Part shown: positions 17,801 to 26,029 of the stretch, in pieces
Layout of the letters: each line of letters begins with the position of its first letter
How positions within the stretch are numbered: the stretch's first letter is position 1
NCBI GenBank assembly: GCA_021373255.1
Contig: JAJFTD010000123.1
Coordinates: 2,351 to 66,350, forward strand
Source of the DNA: a bacterium
Lineage (GTDB): Bacteria; Armatimonadota; UBA5829
Direction: 5' to 3'
DNA length: 64,000 nt
The notes under the pieces: model-generated
What the model was told of the DNA's origin: nothing
Databases searched by the model: none
Seen by the model: the letters and a program-made list of their open reading frames with translations, nothing else
Position numbers and translations under genes: made by a program

Positions 17801-20259
17801 GATAGAGACTGCGGATCGACCAAATCATATACGGAAGTCGCCTTGCAATCAAAGACTATAACCGGCATGTCTTTATAACCGGTTGTAATCAGGAACTCGG
17901 TTGGATAAACCTCACCATACGCACCCTGGTCAGGCGCCATGACAATGTCACCGTTCACCGAATCGAGCTTGTATGCACCAATAGCTGTCTTTCTCTGGTA
18001 GTTGTAAGCTGTTACCGGAGCCACACCTGGAATGTTGAACGCGCCCTTGTCCCGGGAGGTCTTGTCTATAATGTTCGCACGAACACCCATAAAGGACCTG
18101 TATGGGCTGCGTACAACCGCCAGGCAGTCCTTAACCTTGATGTTCGGCACAAAACCCTTTCGCGGGTCATACTGGACAACATTGCCGCTCAGCCTTGCAA
18201 ACCCACCCTGCAGGCCCATTCTGCTGAACGAACACCGCTCATCAACGCCCAATCTTGATATCGGCTTGTGGCATACATAGACTCTCTTCACCCAATGAGG
18301 CAGAGCCTTGGTGAGCTTGAGTTCACCTTTTGCCAGTGACGCAGGCAAGTACTTATCAGACTTGGGTTTGAAGTAGCTTTCGCCCTTCCCTTTTGCGTCG
18401 GTATAAACACCGACCACATATCCGATTCGCAGCGGATCGACTAGTTTCACAGTCTTACGATCAGCAACTTTCGCCTCGACTACCTCGTCCTCAAGCATAG
18501 TCTTGGTGTCATGGAACCAGTGATCAGCAATGCACGCAACGAGTGTGAGCTGCTTGCCGAGGTTGTCGAAATTGACCCTGTTTGCAGTGTCGAATGGGGT
18601 ATCGACCAACTGCCGGCCATCATCTACACTCACAAGTGAAACGCCCTTGCCTCCAGCGAGGGTCACCACTTCACTGTCCAAAGCAAACTTGCCCGGCACG
18701 AAGTTGCGCCAGTTCTTGCCGGAGATTGGGTTCACACCATCCGCAAACGCTCCCGCGCGAGGGCCAAGAATGGCGGCGATCCGCTCAGAGTTCTCACGCG
18801 CCCTGGTAGCAAGGTCAGAAAACTTGCTCTGGATATCCTCGCGCATATCGTAGAAATAGCCTTTGTAAAAGACACCGACACTCTTAGTCTGGCTGCTCAA
18901 ATCCAGCCCGGCCCATATATAGAACTGCGGAGGATCGGGCACCTGATAATCAAAGCCTTTGTGGAAAGCTGAATTCAAACTGTGGCCATAGCCGAACACC
19001 AGCACCGCAAGTACTATCGGCACGACAACTATCCAGGCCATTCGTTTCTGCAAAGGCGCGATACGACGCCAAATTGCCCAAACTATGGCTAAGAGAACAA
19101 GAGTGATCAGCACAGGCGGCCAATTGACTGCGGGGTTTTGTGCGCCGACTGGCCAGTGGGAGTTCATGTAGGCGTGGTATTTATCAGATGCACCAGGGAT
19201 TCGGTAGGAATCGATGTGCTTTTCCATATAAGCCCGCATACCCGCGAGGCCCTGGAAGTGACCGCTGGTTGCAATAAACATCACCGAGCGCCGTGGCCTG
19301 AACTCAGGATTGCTGTAGAGTCTGGCTAATTCCAGCATTCCCGATATGCCACAAGCGGGTTCCGCGCTGGGTGCGAGGGCTGGGACGACCGATGTGCCGT
19401 CGTAGGAAGCGTGCAGCACTATCCACTGATCGCGGAGCTTAGGATCGGAACCGCGTATCACACCTACTATATTACGTGCGTTAACCTTCTCCCAAGGCAT
19501 CTTGCAGAACACGCGGGCATCCTGGGCGCTGCCGGACTTGATAAGCGTCTTGACCTGCGCGGCGTCATTCTTGGATATCCAGAATCTGGGCATTGAAACA
19601 GGAATGGCGCTGAATTTGGACTCCGCTTCGCCTCGCATCGTAGCATCCGGCTCCACGAACAGCAGCACTTTTGCGCCGAGCCTCGGTGCGTTGAGCCATT
19701 CAGTGCCCGAGTTAAAATCAACCAGGGCTGCGCTGCCCTTAACAACAGTTCCATCAAAATCAGGAAGCCTGCCGCTGCCTGCATCGATTACATGGACATT
19801 AATTCCTTCGGGGGGAAGGCTCGATGTGCGGACCAGGTTCGGCCACAGGGCATATATTGGAAACTGCCTTTTACCGATAACCAACCGAGAACCCTGGTCC
19901 ACCGGGACAGTAACCTTGAAACTTTCAGAATGTATATCCTTGAGCCCGATCTCTTTGAACTGGCTCTCTACATAGTCCGCAGCAGCTTCACAACCCGGGT
20001 AGCCCACCAGCCTTGAAGAACAGGATGATAGCGTGTCTACGCTCGCTTTTACACGTGACATATCCAGGGAATCTGCAATGGCTTTGTATCTGTTAGCTAC
20101 AGCCGGAGAAACGCTGTTGGCTGACACAGTGACTGCCGCCGGAACTGCCTTAACGCTTTTCGGAGCCGGTTTTTTAGCAGGATATATGAGGATTACTAGA
20201 ATAAGGGCAACAACTGCCAAGAACAAGTAATTGCTGAGCCTGAATTTGCCGTTCGCCAT
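14893..20259 (-). CDS. Fusion protein: signal anchor, PA/M28-peptidase-like ectodomain, repeat region and FtsX-type permease module (1788 aa)
   Basis: M28-like blocks 'IVLHASYDG' and 'FIATSGHFQGLAGMRAY'. FtsX blocks 'NMRRRKARTVLTCTTLVLLTF' and 'IREIGIFSAIGLAPNHIAVLFIAES...LYPARKA'. Several additional TM segments are present. Confidence 0.8.
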   Translation of the reverse strand: MANGKFRLSNYLFLAVVALILVILIYPAKKPAPKSVKAVPAAVTVSANSVSPAVANRYKAIADSLDMSRVKASVDTLSSCSSRLVGYPGCEAAADYVESQFKEIGLKDIHSESFKVTVPVDQGSRLVIGKRQFPIYALWPNLVRTSSLPPEGINVHVIDAGSGRLPDFDGTVVKGSAALVDFNSGTEWLNAPRLGAKVLLFVEPDATMRGEAESKFSAIPVSMPRFWISKNDAAQVKTLIKSGSAQDARVFCKMPWEKVNARNIVGVIRGSDPKLRDQWIVLHASYDGTSVVPALAPSAEPACGISGMLELARLYSNPEFRPRRSVMFIATSGHFQGLAGMRAYMEKHIDSYRIPGASDKYHAYMNSHWPVGAQNPAVNWPPVLITLVLLAIVWAIWRRIAPLQKRMAWIVVVPIVLAVLVFGYGHSLNSAFHKGFDYQVPDPPQFYIWAGLDLSSQTKSVGVFYKGYFYDMREDIQSKFSDLATRARENSERIAAILGPRAGAFADGVNPISGKNWRNFVPGKFALDSEVVTLAGGKGVSLVSVDDGRQLVDTPFDTANRVNFDNLGKQLTLVACIADHWFHDTKTMLEDEVVEAKVADRKTVKLVDPLRIGYVVGVYTDAKGKGESYFKPKSDKYLPASLAKGELKLTKALPHWVKRVYVCHKPISRLGVDERCSFSRMGLQGGFARLSGNVVQYDPRKGFVPNIKVKDCLAVVRSPYRSFMGVRANIIDKTSRDKGAFNIPGVAPVTAYNYQRKTAIGAYKLDSVNGDIVMAPDQGAYGEVYPTEFLITTGYKDMPVIVFDCKATSVYDLVDPQSLSALTMLNIYDGITNGAPKQFGCAVAVPEPGNPHVEDMAVIFTEDTNKKKQLAIGSSQELRRIRIKLMMSAGPAAIRLLLLNSTLGNEVVPADIVSADGKSIKLDQPIETFIEGVYADPKCKQTNYCRTQDNVYNDPSLIEGRIKLTSDLPAGTKRVFIKMNPSPIGIGYDFTQGGTLEETAFKVAHDMWKLDESRLAGIEAKGVKDEGLQMLHQTSRRYLDLAENARNSHEYSVFDSYCRAAWGYEARAYPGVSKLSQDVVNGVIFYLFLIIPFSFFCERLFFGYPTLWKQLTAFFLIFLAVCGVFYLVHPAFQITGPANAFIVLLAFVMLALSLLVISIVSGKFEEQLKQMNRSVGGIHKADIGRMSVAAAAFSLGISNMRRRKARTVLTCTTLVLLTFTVLSFTSIQSVLRFNKIPAPKDADTHVYDGIMIRTPMWSPLQEIAYRLLKDEFGNAGKRGKVYPVAPRSWFFGTILGEQSFLTLRNGDASYDAKAACGMTPEEVDIMDLNTKNRKAILAGDWFGYKNGKRVPGKVDPYSIIIPDAVATALNIKPSDVGKAKIEFAGAKYTVVAITRTSVYKRIKDLDNEQLTPVDFIMMNKQNQQQGGDAGFREYQHLDPNTVFTIPYDTLMGMGGDIRSIAIKFASFEEVQKQLDALMPRLGLNLYAGMDGSIYRYSSISSSSSKGFSNVFIPVLIAALIVLNTMLGSVYERIREIGIFSAIGLAPNHIAVLFIAESMVYANLGAVAGYVLGQTASKILYSTNALPGLYLNFSSMSAVTSTLVVVAVVLLSALYPARKASEVATPAVDRSWKVPEPDGDDWEIMLPFAVTGEQAVGVNGFLKEWFQAYEDYSIGDFVTQGVTSGESETEYGKSFSVGAKTWLAPFDLGVSQTVDLHTIPTDMEDVYEVKLKITRESGDVSNWKRVNRRFLNTLRKQFLIWRTMRASEREKYLAATTAEDARGTETAKV

Positions 20260-20617
20260 CGTTACCTTTCCCTTGCAAAGAATGGAAAAGCGTTCCTGTA
20301 AACTGATCTATAGAGAGTGGAATAGAGTTACTAGAACGTTTTATGACGTCACGCAGGAATACATGGGGATACCCAACTACACACTACCTGCGTGGTGATT
20401 ATAGCATATGGCATGGGAGCATTGCAACAACTAATGGAGTCCAAGTCCGCAGCCAGCATAGCCATTGTTCCTAATATAAGCAAACGATATAGCCTATACT
20501 GAGATAGTTCTCCATAACGGTGGTTATCACCTTCATCGCTGCTGTATAACCTCAAAAAAAGACGGTGTAAACGGTCAGCAGATAAAGTCCGGCAGTTTTA
20601 TGCTGGTATTGTTTTGA

Positions 20618-22615
20618 TTATTTCCACTTGGAGTCTGGAAGGAGTTTTTTGAGTGCGGCAATCTCATCCCGCAGCTCAGCGGCACGTTCGAAGTCAAGAG
20701 CCTTGGCCGATCTCTTCATATCACGCTCCATATCCGCAACCGTGGAGAGAATATCATCAAGAGACAGCACCTCAGCTCGCGCAGCCTTGCCGGTTTTCCC
20801 TGAAGCCGATCCATCGCTCTCTTTTCCGAGTTCAAGGAGATCCCGCACTGCTTTGGCAACAGTTGTCGGCGTGATGCCATGTTCCTGGTTATACTCGTCC
20901 TGCACTGCACGCCTGCGGTTGGTCTCGGTGATGGCACGGCGCATGGAGTCGGTCACATTATCCGCGTACATAATTACCTTGCCTGATGAGTTTCGGGCGG
21001 CACGGCCCATGGTCTGCATGAGTGATGTCTCATCGCGCAGGAAACCCTCTTTATCGGCATCGAGAATGGCGACCAGCGAGACCTCAGGAAGGTCTAGTCC
21101 CTCACGCAGGAGGTTGATGCCGATGATGGCATCATACTCACCCAGGCGCAGGTCGCGAAGAATCTCCGTGCGCTCCAGCGTCTTTATGTCCGAGTGCAGA
21201 TAATTGACTCTGAGGCCAAGTTCCAGCAGGTATTCGCTCAGATCTTCCGACATCTTCTTGGTGAGCGTCGTCACAAGCACCCGCTCACCCTTTTCGGCCC
21301 GGCGCTTCATTTCGTCGATCAGATCATCTATCTGCCCGGCAGTCGGACGCACCTCTATTTCGGGGTCCAACAGGCCGGTTGGCCGGATAAGTTGCTCCAC
21401 AATCTGCTTGCTCTGCTGGAGTTCGTAGTTGCCAGGGGTAGCCGATACAAACACAACCTGATTGATCAGCTTCTCAAACTCCTGGAACTTCATGGGCCTG
21501 TTATCCAACGCGGACGGCAAGCGGAAACCATACTCCACAAGTGTAGTCTTGCGGGACCGGTCACCTGCATACATTCCATGAAGCTGCGGCAGGGTCTGGT
21601 GCGACTCATCTATAAAAATCAGGGAGTCTTCCGGGAAATACTCAACCAATGTGTGAGGTGTGCTGCCGGGCTCGCGGCCGTCGAGAATCCGGGAATAGTT
21701 CTCGATGCCACTGCAGTAGCCGAGTTCCCGCATCATCTCCATGTCGAATCTCGTCCGCTGTTCTATGCGCTGAGCCTCAAGCAGTTGCCCGCGTGCTTGA
21801 AATTGCTTCACGCGCTCATCAAGCTCCTGTTCAATTTCCGCAAGCGCGCGCTCCATCTTATCCGCAGACGTTACAAAGTGGCTGGCGGGGAAGACAGTGA
21901 TATCGTTCTGAGTGGAGGTGATCTCTCCTGTTACCGGGTGAATCACATTGATTTTTTCGACCTCATCACCAAAGAACTCTACGCGCGTGAAGACCTCCTC
22001 GTCCACCGGCTGAATCTCCAGGATATCTCCGCGCACCCTGAACGTTCCGCGCCCAAGGGCGATGTCGTTTCGGGTAAAATGCATATCAACCAAACGCCGA
22101 AGGAGTTGGTCGCGATTGTAAACCTCCCCCACCTTAAGGCGGACTACTGTTTCGCCATAGTCCTCCTTTGCGCCGATGCCATAGATGCAGCTCACACTGG
22201 CAACCACAATTACATCACGCCGCTCCAGTACCGCCTGCGTGGCGGAGTGGCGGAGGCGATCGATCTCATCGTTAACCGCGGAGTCTTTCTCAATGTATGT
22301 ATCGCTCTGGGGAATATACGCCTCGGGGAGATAGTAATCGTAATAACTAACGAAGTATTCTACAGCGTTATCCGGGAAGAACTCACGAAACTCCGAACAA
22401 AGCTGAGCCGCAAGGGTCTTGTTGTGCGCGATCACCAGCGTCGGGCGTTGGACGGCCTGGATGACGTTTGCCATCGTAAAGGTCTTGCCCGAGCCGGTAA
22501 CACCCAGCAGTGTCTGGAATCTATGCCCGGCTTCCAACCCCTCGGTTAGTTGCGCTATGGCTCGGGGCTGGTCACCCGTAGGCTTGAAGTCTGATCTGAT
22601 CTTAAACTGGTTCAT
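20618..22615 (-). CDS. uvrB: Excinuclease ABC subunit B
   Basis: '[11 protein letters not shown]', Walker A '[15 protein letters not shown]', helicase motifs and a C-terminal UVR motif '[16 protein letters not shown]'. ATG at 22615 is preferred over the listed TTG at 22645. Confidence 0.97.
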   Translation of the reverse strand: MNQFKIRSDFKPTGDQPRAIAQLTEGLEAGHRFQTLLGVTGSGKTFTMANVIQAVQRPTLVIAHNKTLAAQLCSEFREFFPDNAVEYFVSYYDYYLPEAYIPQSDTYIEKDSAVNDEIDRLRHSATQAVLERRDVIVVASVSCIYGIGAKEDYGETVVRLKVGEVYNRDQLLRRLVDMHFTRNDIALGRGTFRVRGDILEIQPVDEEVFTRVEFFGDEVEKINVIHPVTGEITSTQNDITVFPASHFVTSADKMERALAEIEQELDERVKQFQARGQLLEAQRIEQRTRFDMEMMRELGYCSGIENYSRILDGREPGSTPHTLVEYFPEDSLIFIDESHQTLPQLHGMYAGDRSRKTTLVEYGFRLPSALDNRPMKFQEFEKLINQVVFVSATPGNYELQQSKQIVEQLIRPTGLLDPEIEVRPTAGQIDDLIDEMKRRAEKGERVLVTTLTKKMSEDLSEYLLELGLRVNYLHSDIKTLERTEILRDLRLGEYDAIIGINLLREGLDLPEVSLVAILDADKEGFLRDETSLMQTMGRAARNSSGKVIMYADNVTDSMRRAITETNRRRAVQDEYNQEHGITPTTVAKAVRDLLELGKESDGSASGKTGKAARAEVLSLDDILSTVADMERDMKRSAKALDFERAAELRDEIAALKKLLPDSKWK

Positions 22616-22709
22616 TTGGCTCTTCCGTATCGCACGTTTGTTCAATGTACATGATACGGCTATGAGGGTCTTTGGTCAAGGTGGCGGACAGCTAATGTTG
22701 GCGGGTTAA

Positions 22710-24641
22710 TTAGAAGCTCAGAGCACTAAATTCTACTCGCAGCCGCTTTTGTGATTGCGACCAGATCAGCCGACCCTCTTGCCTGCCGATTGCTTTAGCA
22801 AGAGCAACCTCTGCATCAGTGTAGTCGAAGAGCGGCGACTTCTGATACGTCCCCAGTAGTTGCAGCCGCCAGGAACGCATAAACGTGTAACCGAAGTCGG
22901 CAAATGCACTTATACTTCGATCATTGAGTCCGTAGATGGTCGTCAAATGCGTATCCCATTTGAGCGATGGGCGTAGACTCAGGTCCGCGCTGATTCTCTG
23001 ATCATTGTAGCCCCGAGCAGCATTTGCCCAGGAATAGGTGTAGTTCAATCCGAGCGAGCCTATATCACCCAAGCCGCGATAATAGCCTGCATTTGCATAC
23101 AGAGATGTGCCCGGAGAGCTGCCGCCCCAATCACGGGCGACGGTCAGGCTTGTGTTCAGGTTAGAGTTTGGGCCAAATTGCAGAGGCTTGCCATAGAATT
23201 GCATACCCAAGCCGGTGCCGGTTCTGCTGCCATTATTGGATACGGAATTCTGGTAGCTTGCCCGTGTGCTGAATGCATAAGTAACAGCGTTGCTTATCAG
23301 AGGTTTGGGGCGCGATTGGAGATATGCGCGACTGGAATAGGTGCCATCGTAATTTCTCCTCTTGTTGCCAATGAAGTTCAACGAGAATGTATAGTCACCC
23401 ATCGACCGGCTGTAGTCCATGTTGCCGTAGATATTCTCATGCGAGGGAAAGTCCAGGTAAGTGAACACCTGCGAATCCGCATTAAGCTGCTGCCTATGGT
23501 TCCACCGCAGGCCCCAATCGCTGGTAGCGAGCTGATCGAGAGTAATAGCACCCTCGGAAGAACTGCCGATATTGTAATCCTGCTGCATATCTACCTGCCA
23601 CCCCGGACGCCCGGAGTAGTATCCCCACCCCGTAGGCTCGGAATGCTTTATCCTAAACGAGCCGGTGCCATTAGGGGTAAGCGAATAGTAGATAGGCAAA
23701 TCCACACGCACACCATCAGAGCCGTAAGTAATCATCTGGTTGGCTCCAGTGGCCGTGCCCTTCAGCGGGACTACATGCAGCGGTATGCTGAGGACCTTAT
23801 CACCTTCCATGTAGAGGTTGGCATGCTTTATCTTAACCTCTTCGCCGGGGTGGATCAGAATACTTTTTGCCCGAATGAAGACGTTAGCTTCAGCGATAGC
23901 CTCAAAATCAAATGTGAGCTTTTCGTCGGGTTCTTCATCAGGTTGCACAAGGAAATCCCTACCTCTGAACAACATGCGTTTCGCTCCATCTTCGGCTGGA
24001 GTGATAAGCACGCCTTTCATCGAGGTGAGATCGTAGTATAATGCGCTGGCTTCAACTTTTTTGTCATCACGGCTGATAATGATGTTGTCCCCACCCATCC
24101 GCGCCCGCGCGCGAAGGATGTTCTTACGGACATCAATCTGTGCCTCTTCGGCCTGTATGTCAAGCCCCCGGTTGTAGATCTTCACCCCACCTGCAGAATC
24201 AACTATCTGTTTGCCGACATCATACCCGAGGTGTTTGTCCGAAGACACGGAGATAAACGACTCATCAAACATCTCCGTGCCTGGGGCAAGGAAGTCTACA
24301 CGAAGCTGCGCAACAGCCCGGCCGTTCGCCGCAACCGCAGAAACCAGAGCCGTGCCGACAGTCGTGTCGCTCCGAAGCCTGGCTCGCGCCACACCCGCAA
24401 CGGTGCGCACGTTGGTTTCAATGATTCCGAGGCTTGTGGTAAACGTTACGAGGGTATCATCCGCTACAGGGTGGCCCGATTCATCGCGGACCTCGGCTGT
24501 GATTGTTGTACTGCTAAGCGAATCGGCAACTATCGCCTGGGGCTGAGCCCTGAGCCAAAGAGAGTAATCGTTTACTGCAGCCTGGGACGCCATGCAAAAG
24601 GTGAGTATAGCAACTATTACAACTAGCTGTTTAATACGCAT
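22710..24641 (-). CDS. LptD/OstA-like outer-membrane beta-barrel protein with an N-terminal Ig-like (Big_1-type) domain
   Basis: Signal peptide 'MRIKQLVVIVAILTFCMASQA'. Ig-like 'TTITAEVRDESGHPVADDTLVTFTTSLG'. OstA-like strands 'GGVKIYNRGLDIQAEEAQIDV...'. The Y/G/S/N-rich C-terminal half ends in Phe (...EFSALSF). Confidence 0.55.
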   Translation of the reverse strand: MRIKQLVVIVAILTFCMASQAAVNDYSLWLRAQPQAIVADSLSSTTITAEVRDESGHPVADDTLVTFTTSLGIIETNVRTVAGVARARLRSDTTVGTALVSAVAANGRAVAQLRVDFLAPGTEMFDESFISVSSDKHLGYDVGKQIVDSAGGVKIYNRGLDIQAEEAQIDVRKNILRARARMGGDNIIISRDDKKVEASALYYDLTSMKGVLITPAEDGAKRMLFRGRDFLVQPDEEPDEKLTFDFEAIAEANVFIRAKSILIHPGEEVKIKHANLYMEGDKVLSIPLHVVPLKGTATGANQMITYGSDGVRVDLPIYYSLTPNGTGSFRIKHSEPTGWGYYSGRPGWQVDMQQDYNIGSSSEGAITLDQLATSDWGLRWNHRQQLNADSQVFTYLDFPSHENIYGNMDYSRSMGDYTFSLNFIGNKRRNYDGTYSSRAYLQSRPKPLISNAVTYAFSTRASYQNSVSNNGSRTGTGLGMQFYGKPLQFGPNSNLNTSLTVARDWGGSSPGTSLYANAGYYRGLGDIGSLGLNYTYSWANAARGYNDQRISADLSLRPSLKWDTHLTTIYGLNDRSISAFADFGYTFMRSWRLQLLGTYQKSPLFDYTDAEVALAKAIGRQEGRLIWSQSQKRLRVEFSALSF

Positions 24642-24711
24642 TACGAATATGATACACCTCAGCCTGTACTGGGTCAAATATTCGAGCTGGCGTCACATAA
24701 AAAATCAGGCA

Positions 24712-24748
24712 GATAAATAAAGCCGCCGGAACATAGTTCACGGCGGCT
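24712..24748 (-). terminator. Rho-independent terminator or attenuator after the SurA-like gene
   Basis: Stem agccgccg/cggcggct (24721-24748), followed on the minus strand by a T-rich tract ttatttat. Confidence 0.5.
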
Positions 24749-24776
24749 GTGTTAAATGGTCTGTTGTTTTGTTAAA

Positions 24777-25730
24777 CTAGCGGCCCATGGTCATCGGGGG
24801 CTGCTGCGGAGGGTTCTTTACAGCTTCAGCCACAGACTCAAAGCCAGTAATATTGACCTTGATCTTCGCGTCTTTCTTTCTCTTGGTGAGTTCTTTCTGG
24901 AATGAAGGATCGCCCTGAGCCTTCTGCATTGCGACAAGACCAGCAACCTCATCCTTGACTTCTTTCAGCTTGATGTCGGTCTTGCCCTGGGTGTCTTTGA
25001 CTTTCAACAGACAATACTGTGTGGGGGACTTGGGCTGTGACAGCTCGAACATCTCGCTGACTTCACCCTTCTTGGTGTCCTTGATAGCACTGGTAAGCTG
25101 CGGCGGCAGGCCGGGCTGGGTATCGTCTACCCAAGTCTCGATCGGGCCACCCATCATAGCCATGCGGCTATCGGTGAACTTGGTAACAACGGTATCGAAG
25201 CTCTCGCCGTCCTTGAGGGCTTTCTGGGCTTCTTCGATCTTGGACTTGTCCGGGTTGATCAACAGCGCGATGTATTTGCGCGGACCGTGGACGTAGCGGG
25301 TCTTCATTGTGTTGTAGGCCGACTCAAGTTCCTTGTCTCCGGCCTTGAACTTCTTGGTAGCGATGTTGATCATAGCCTGGCTGATCCGGGCCTGATTCTT
25401 TACGCCACTCTCGCCCATCATCTTAACCTGGCGCTCGTAGATACCATCACGCTTCATCGTTTCGATCTGACTGGTGATCTGCGCATCGGTCGGGGACACA
25501 CCGTCTTGCTTTGCCCAATCGAGAATAATCTGCTGCTCGATAAGACCCTGCAGAACTTCCTTACCTGCCCTCTGGCTAGTCTGCGCGAGATATTCCGGTG
25601 CTGAGATGCTGGACCCGTTGACCGTGGCCACCGTATCCGGAACGCCCTCAACTTTCATGCCTTTGCCACAGCCCGACAACACAATTGCAATCGCAGCAGC
25701 GGCAGCTACCCCAATGGTGGCTTTCTTCAT
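24777..25730 (-). CDS. SurA/PrsA-like periplasmic chaperone lipoprotein
   Basis: Lipobox 'IVLSGC'. SurA-N-like 'VATVNGSSISAPEYLAQ...LIEQQIILDWAKQDG'. It is located immediately upstream of the LptD-like gene. Confidence 0.65.
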   Translation of the reverse strand: MKKATIGVAAAAAIAIVLSGCGKGMKVEGVPDTVATVNGSSISAPEYLAQTSQRAGKEVLQGLIEQQIILDWAKQDGVSPTDAQITSQIETMKRDGIYERQVKMMGESGVKNQARISQAMINIATKKFKAGDKELESAYNTMKTRYVHGPRKYIALLINPDKSKIEEAQKALKDGESFDTVVTKFTDSRMAMMGGPIETWVDDTQPGLPPQLTSAIKDTKKGEVSEMFELSQPKSPTQYCLLKVKDTQGKTDIKLKEVKDEVAGLVAMQKAQGDPSFQKELTKRKKDAKIKVNITGFESVAEAVKNPPQQPPMTMGR

Positions 25731-25905
25731 GCTATGTTGGCTCCTTGTTCTGAAATATGAGACACTAAAACCAGTATTAGCGACCGGACAACTGTATTCC
25801 TGCCCGTCTGCATTATATTAGCTACCCACAATGCTTCAGCCTGAAACAGACCGGCCTATTGGACTACGTCAGCAGAAGAGGGAAAGTTCCGTAAGAATGG
25901 GTCTG

Positions 25906-25960
25906 GGAACACATCACATTATGCGTCCGGCGGTTTCGGGAAAGGGTTTCCCGAAACAAC
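25906..25960. repeat. Conserved intergenic hairpin element, copy 2
   Basis: attatgcgtccggcgg, then stem gtttcgggaaa/tttcccgaaac (25923-25947), then caacgtgcatta. It is colinear with 12690-12745. Confidence 0.6.
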
Positions 25961-26029
25961 GTGCATTATCTCTTCGTTCCTTTTCGTGTTTTCGCTCTTT
26001 CGTGATTAAAGTTCTCCCGCATGGGCCGG

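Noticed and set aside
9096-20259. Interpretation of the operon as a RiPP biosynthetic cluster because of the PqqD-like gene and a peptidase-like domain.
   Set aside because: No maturase (rSAM, YcaO, LanM, asparagine-synthetase-like) and no precursor peptide ORF is visible, and the peptidase-like domain appears to lack catalytic residues.
20349-20555. 68-aa ORF in the gap between uvrB and the M28/FtsX operon.
   Set aside because: It has no RBS and an odd composition, and it sits in what is more likely the promoter and leader region of the 20259 operon.
24721-24730. 'gccgccgga' recurs here and in the reverse complement of the 12.7 kb and 25.9 kb elements, hinting at a fourth copy.
   Set aside because: It is only a 9-mer, in the opposite orientation relative to the upstream gene, and is part of an ordinary terminator stem. 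That is compatible with chance.
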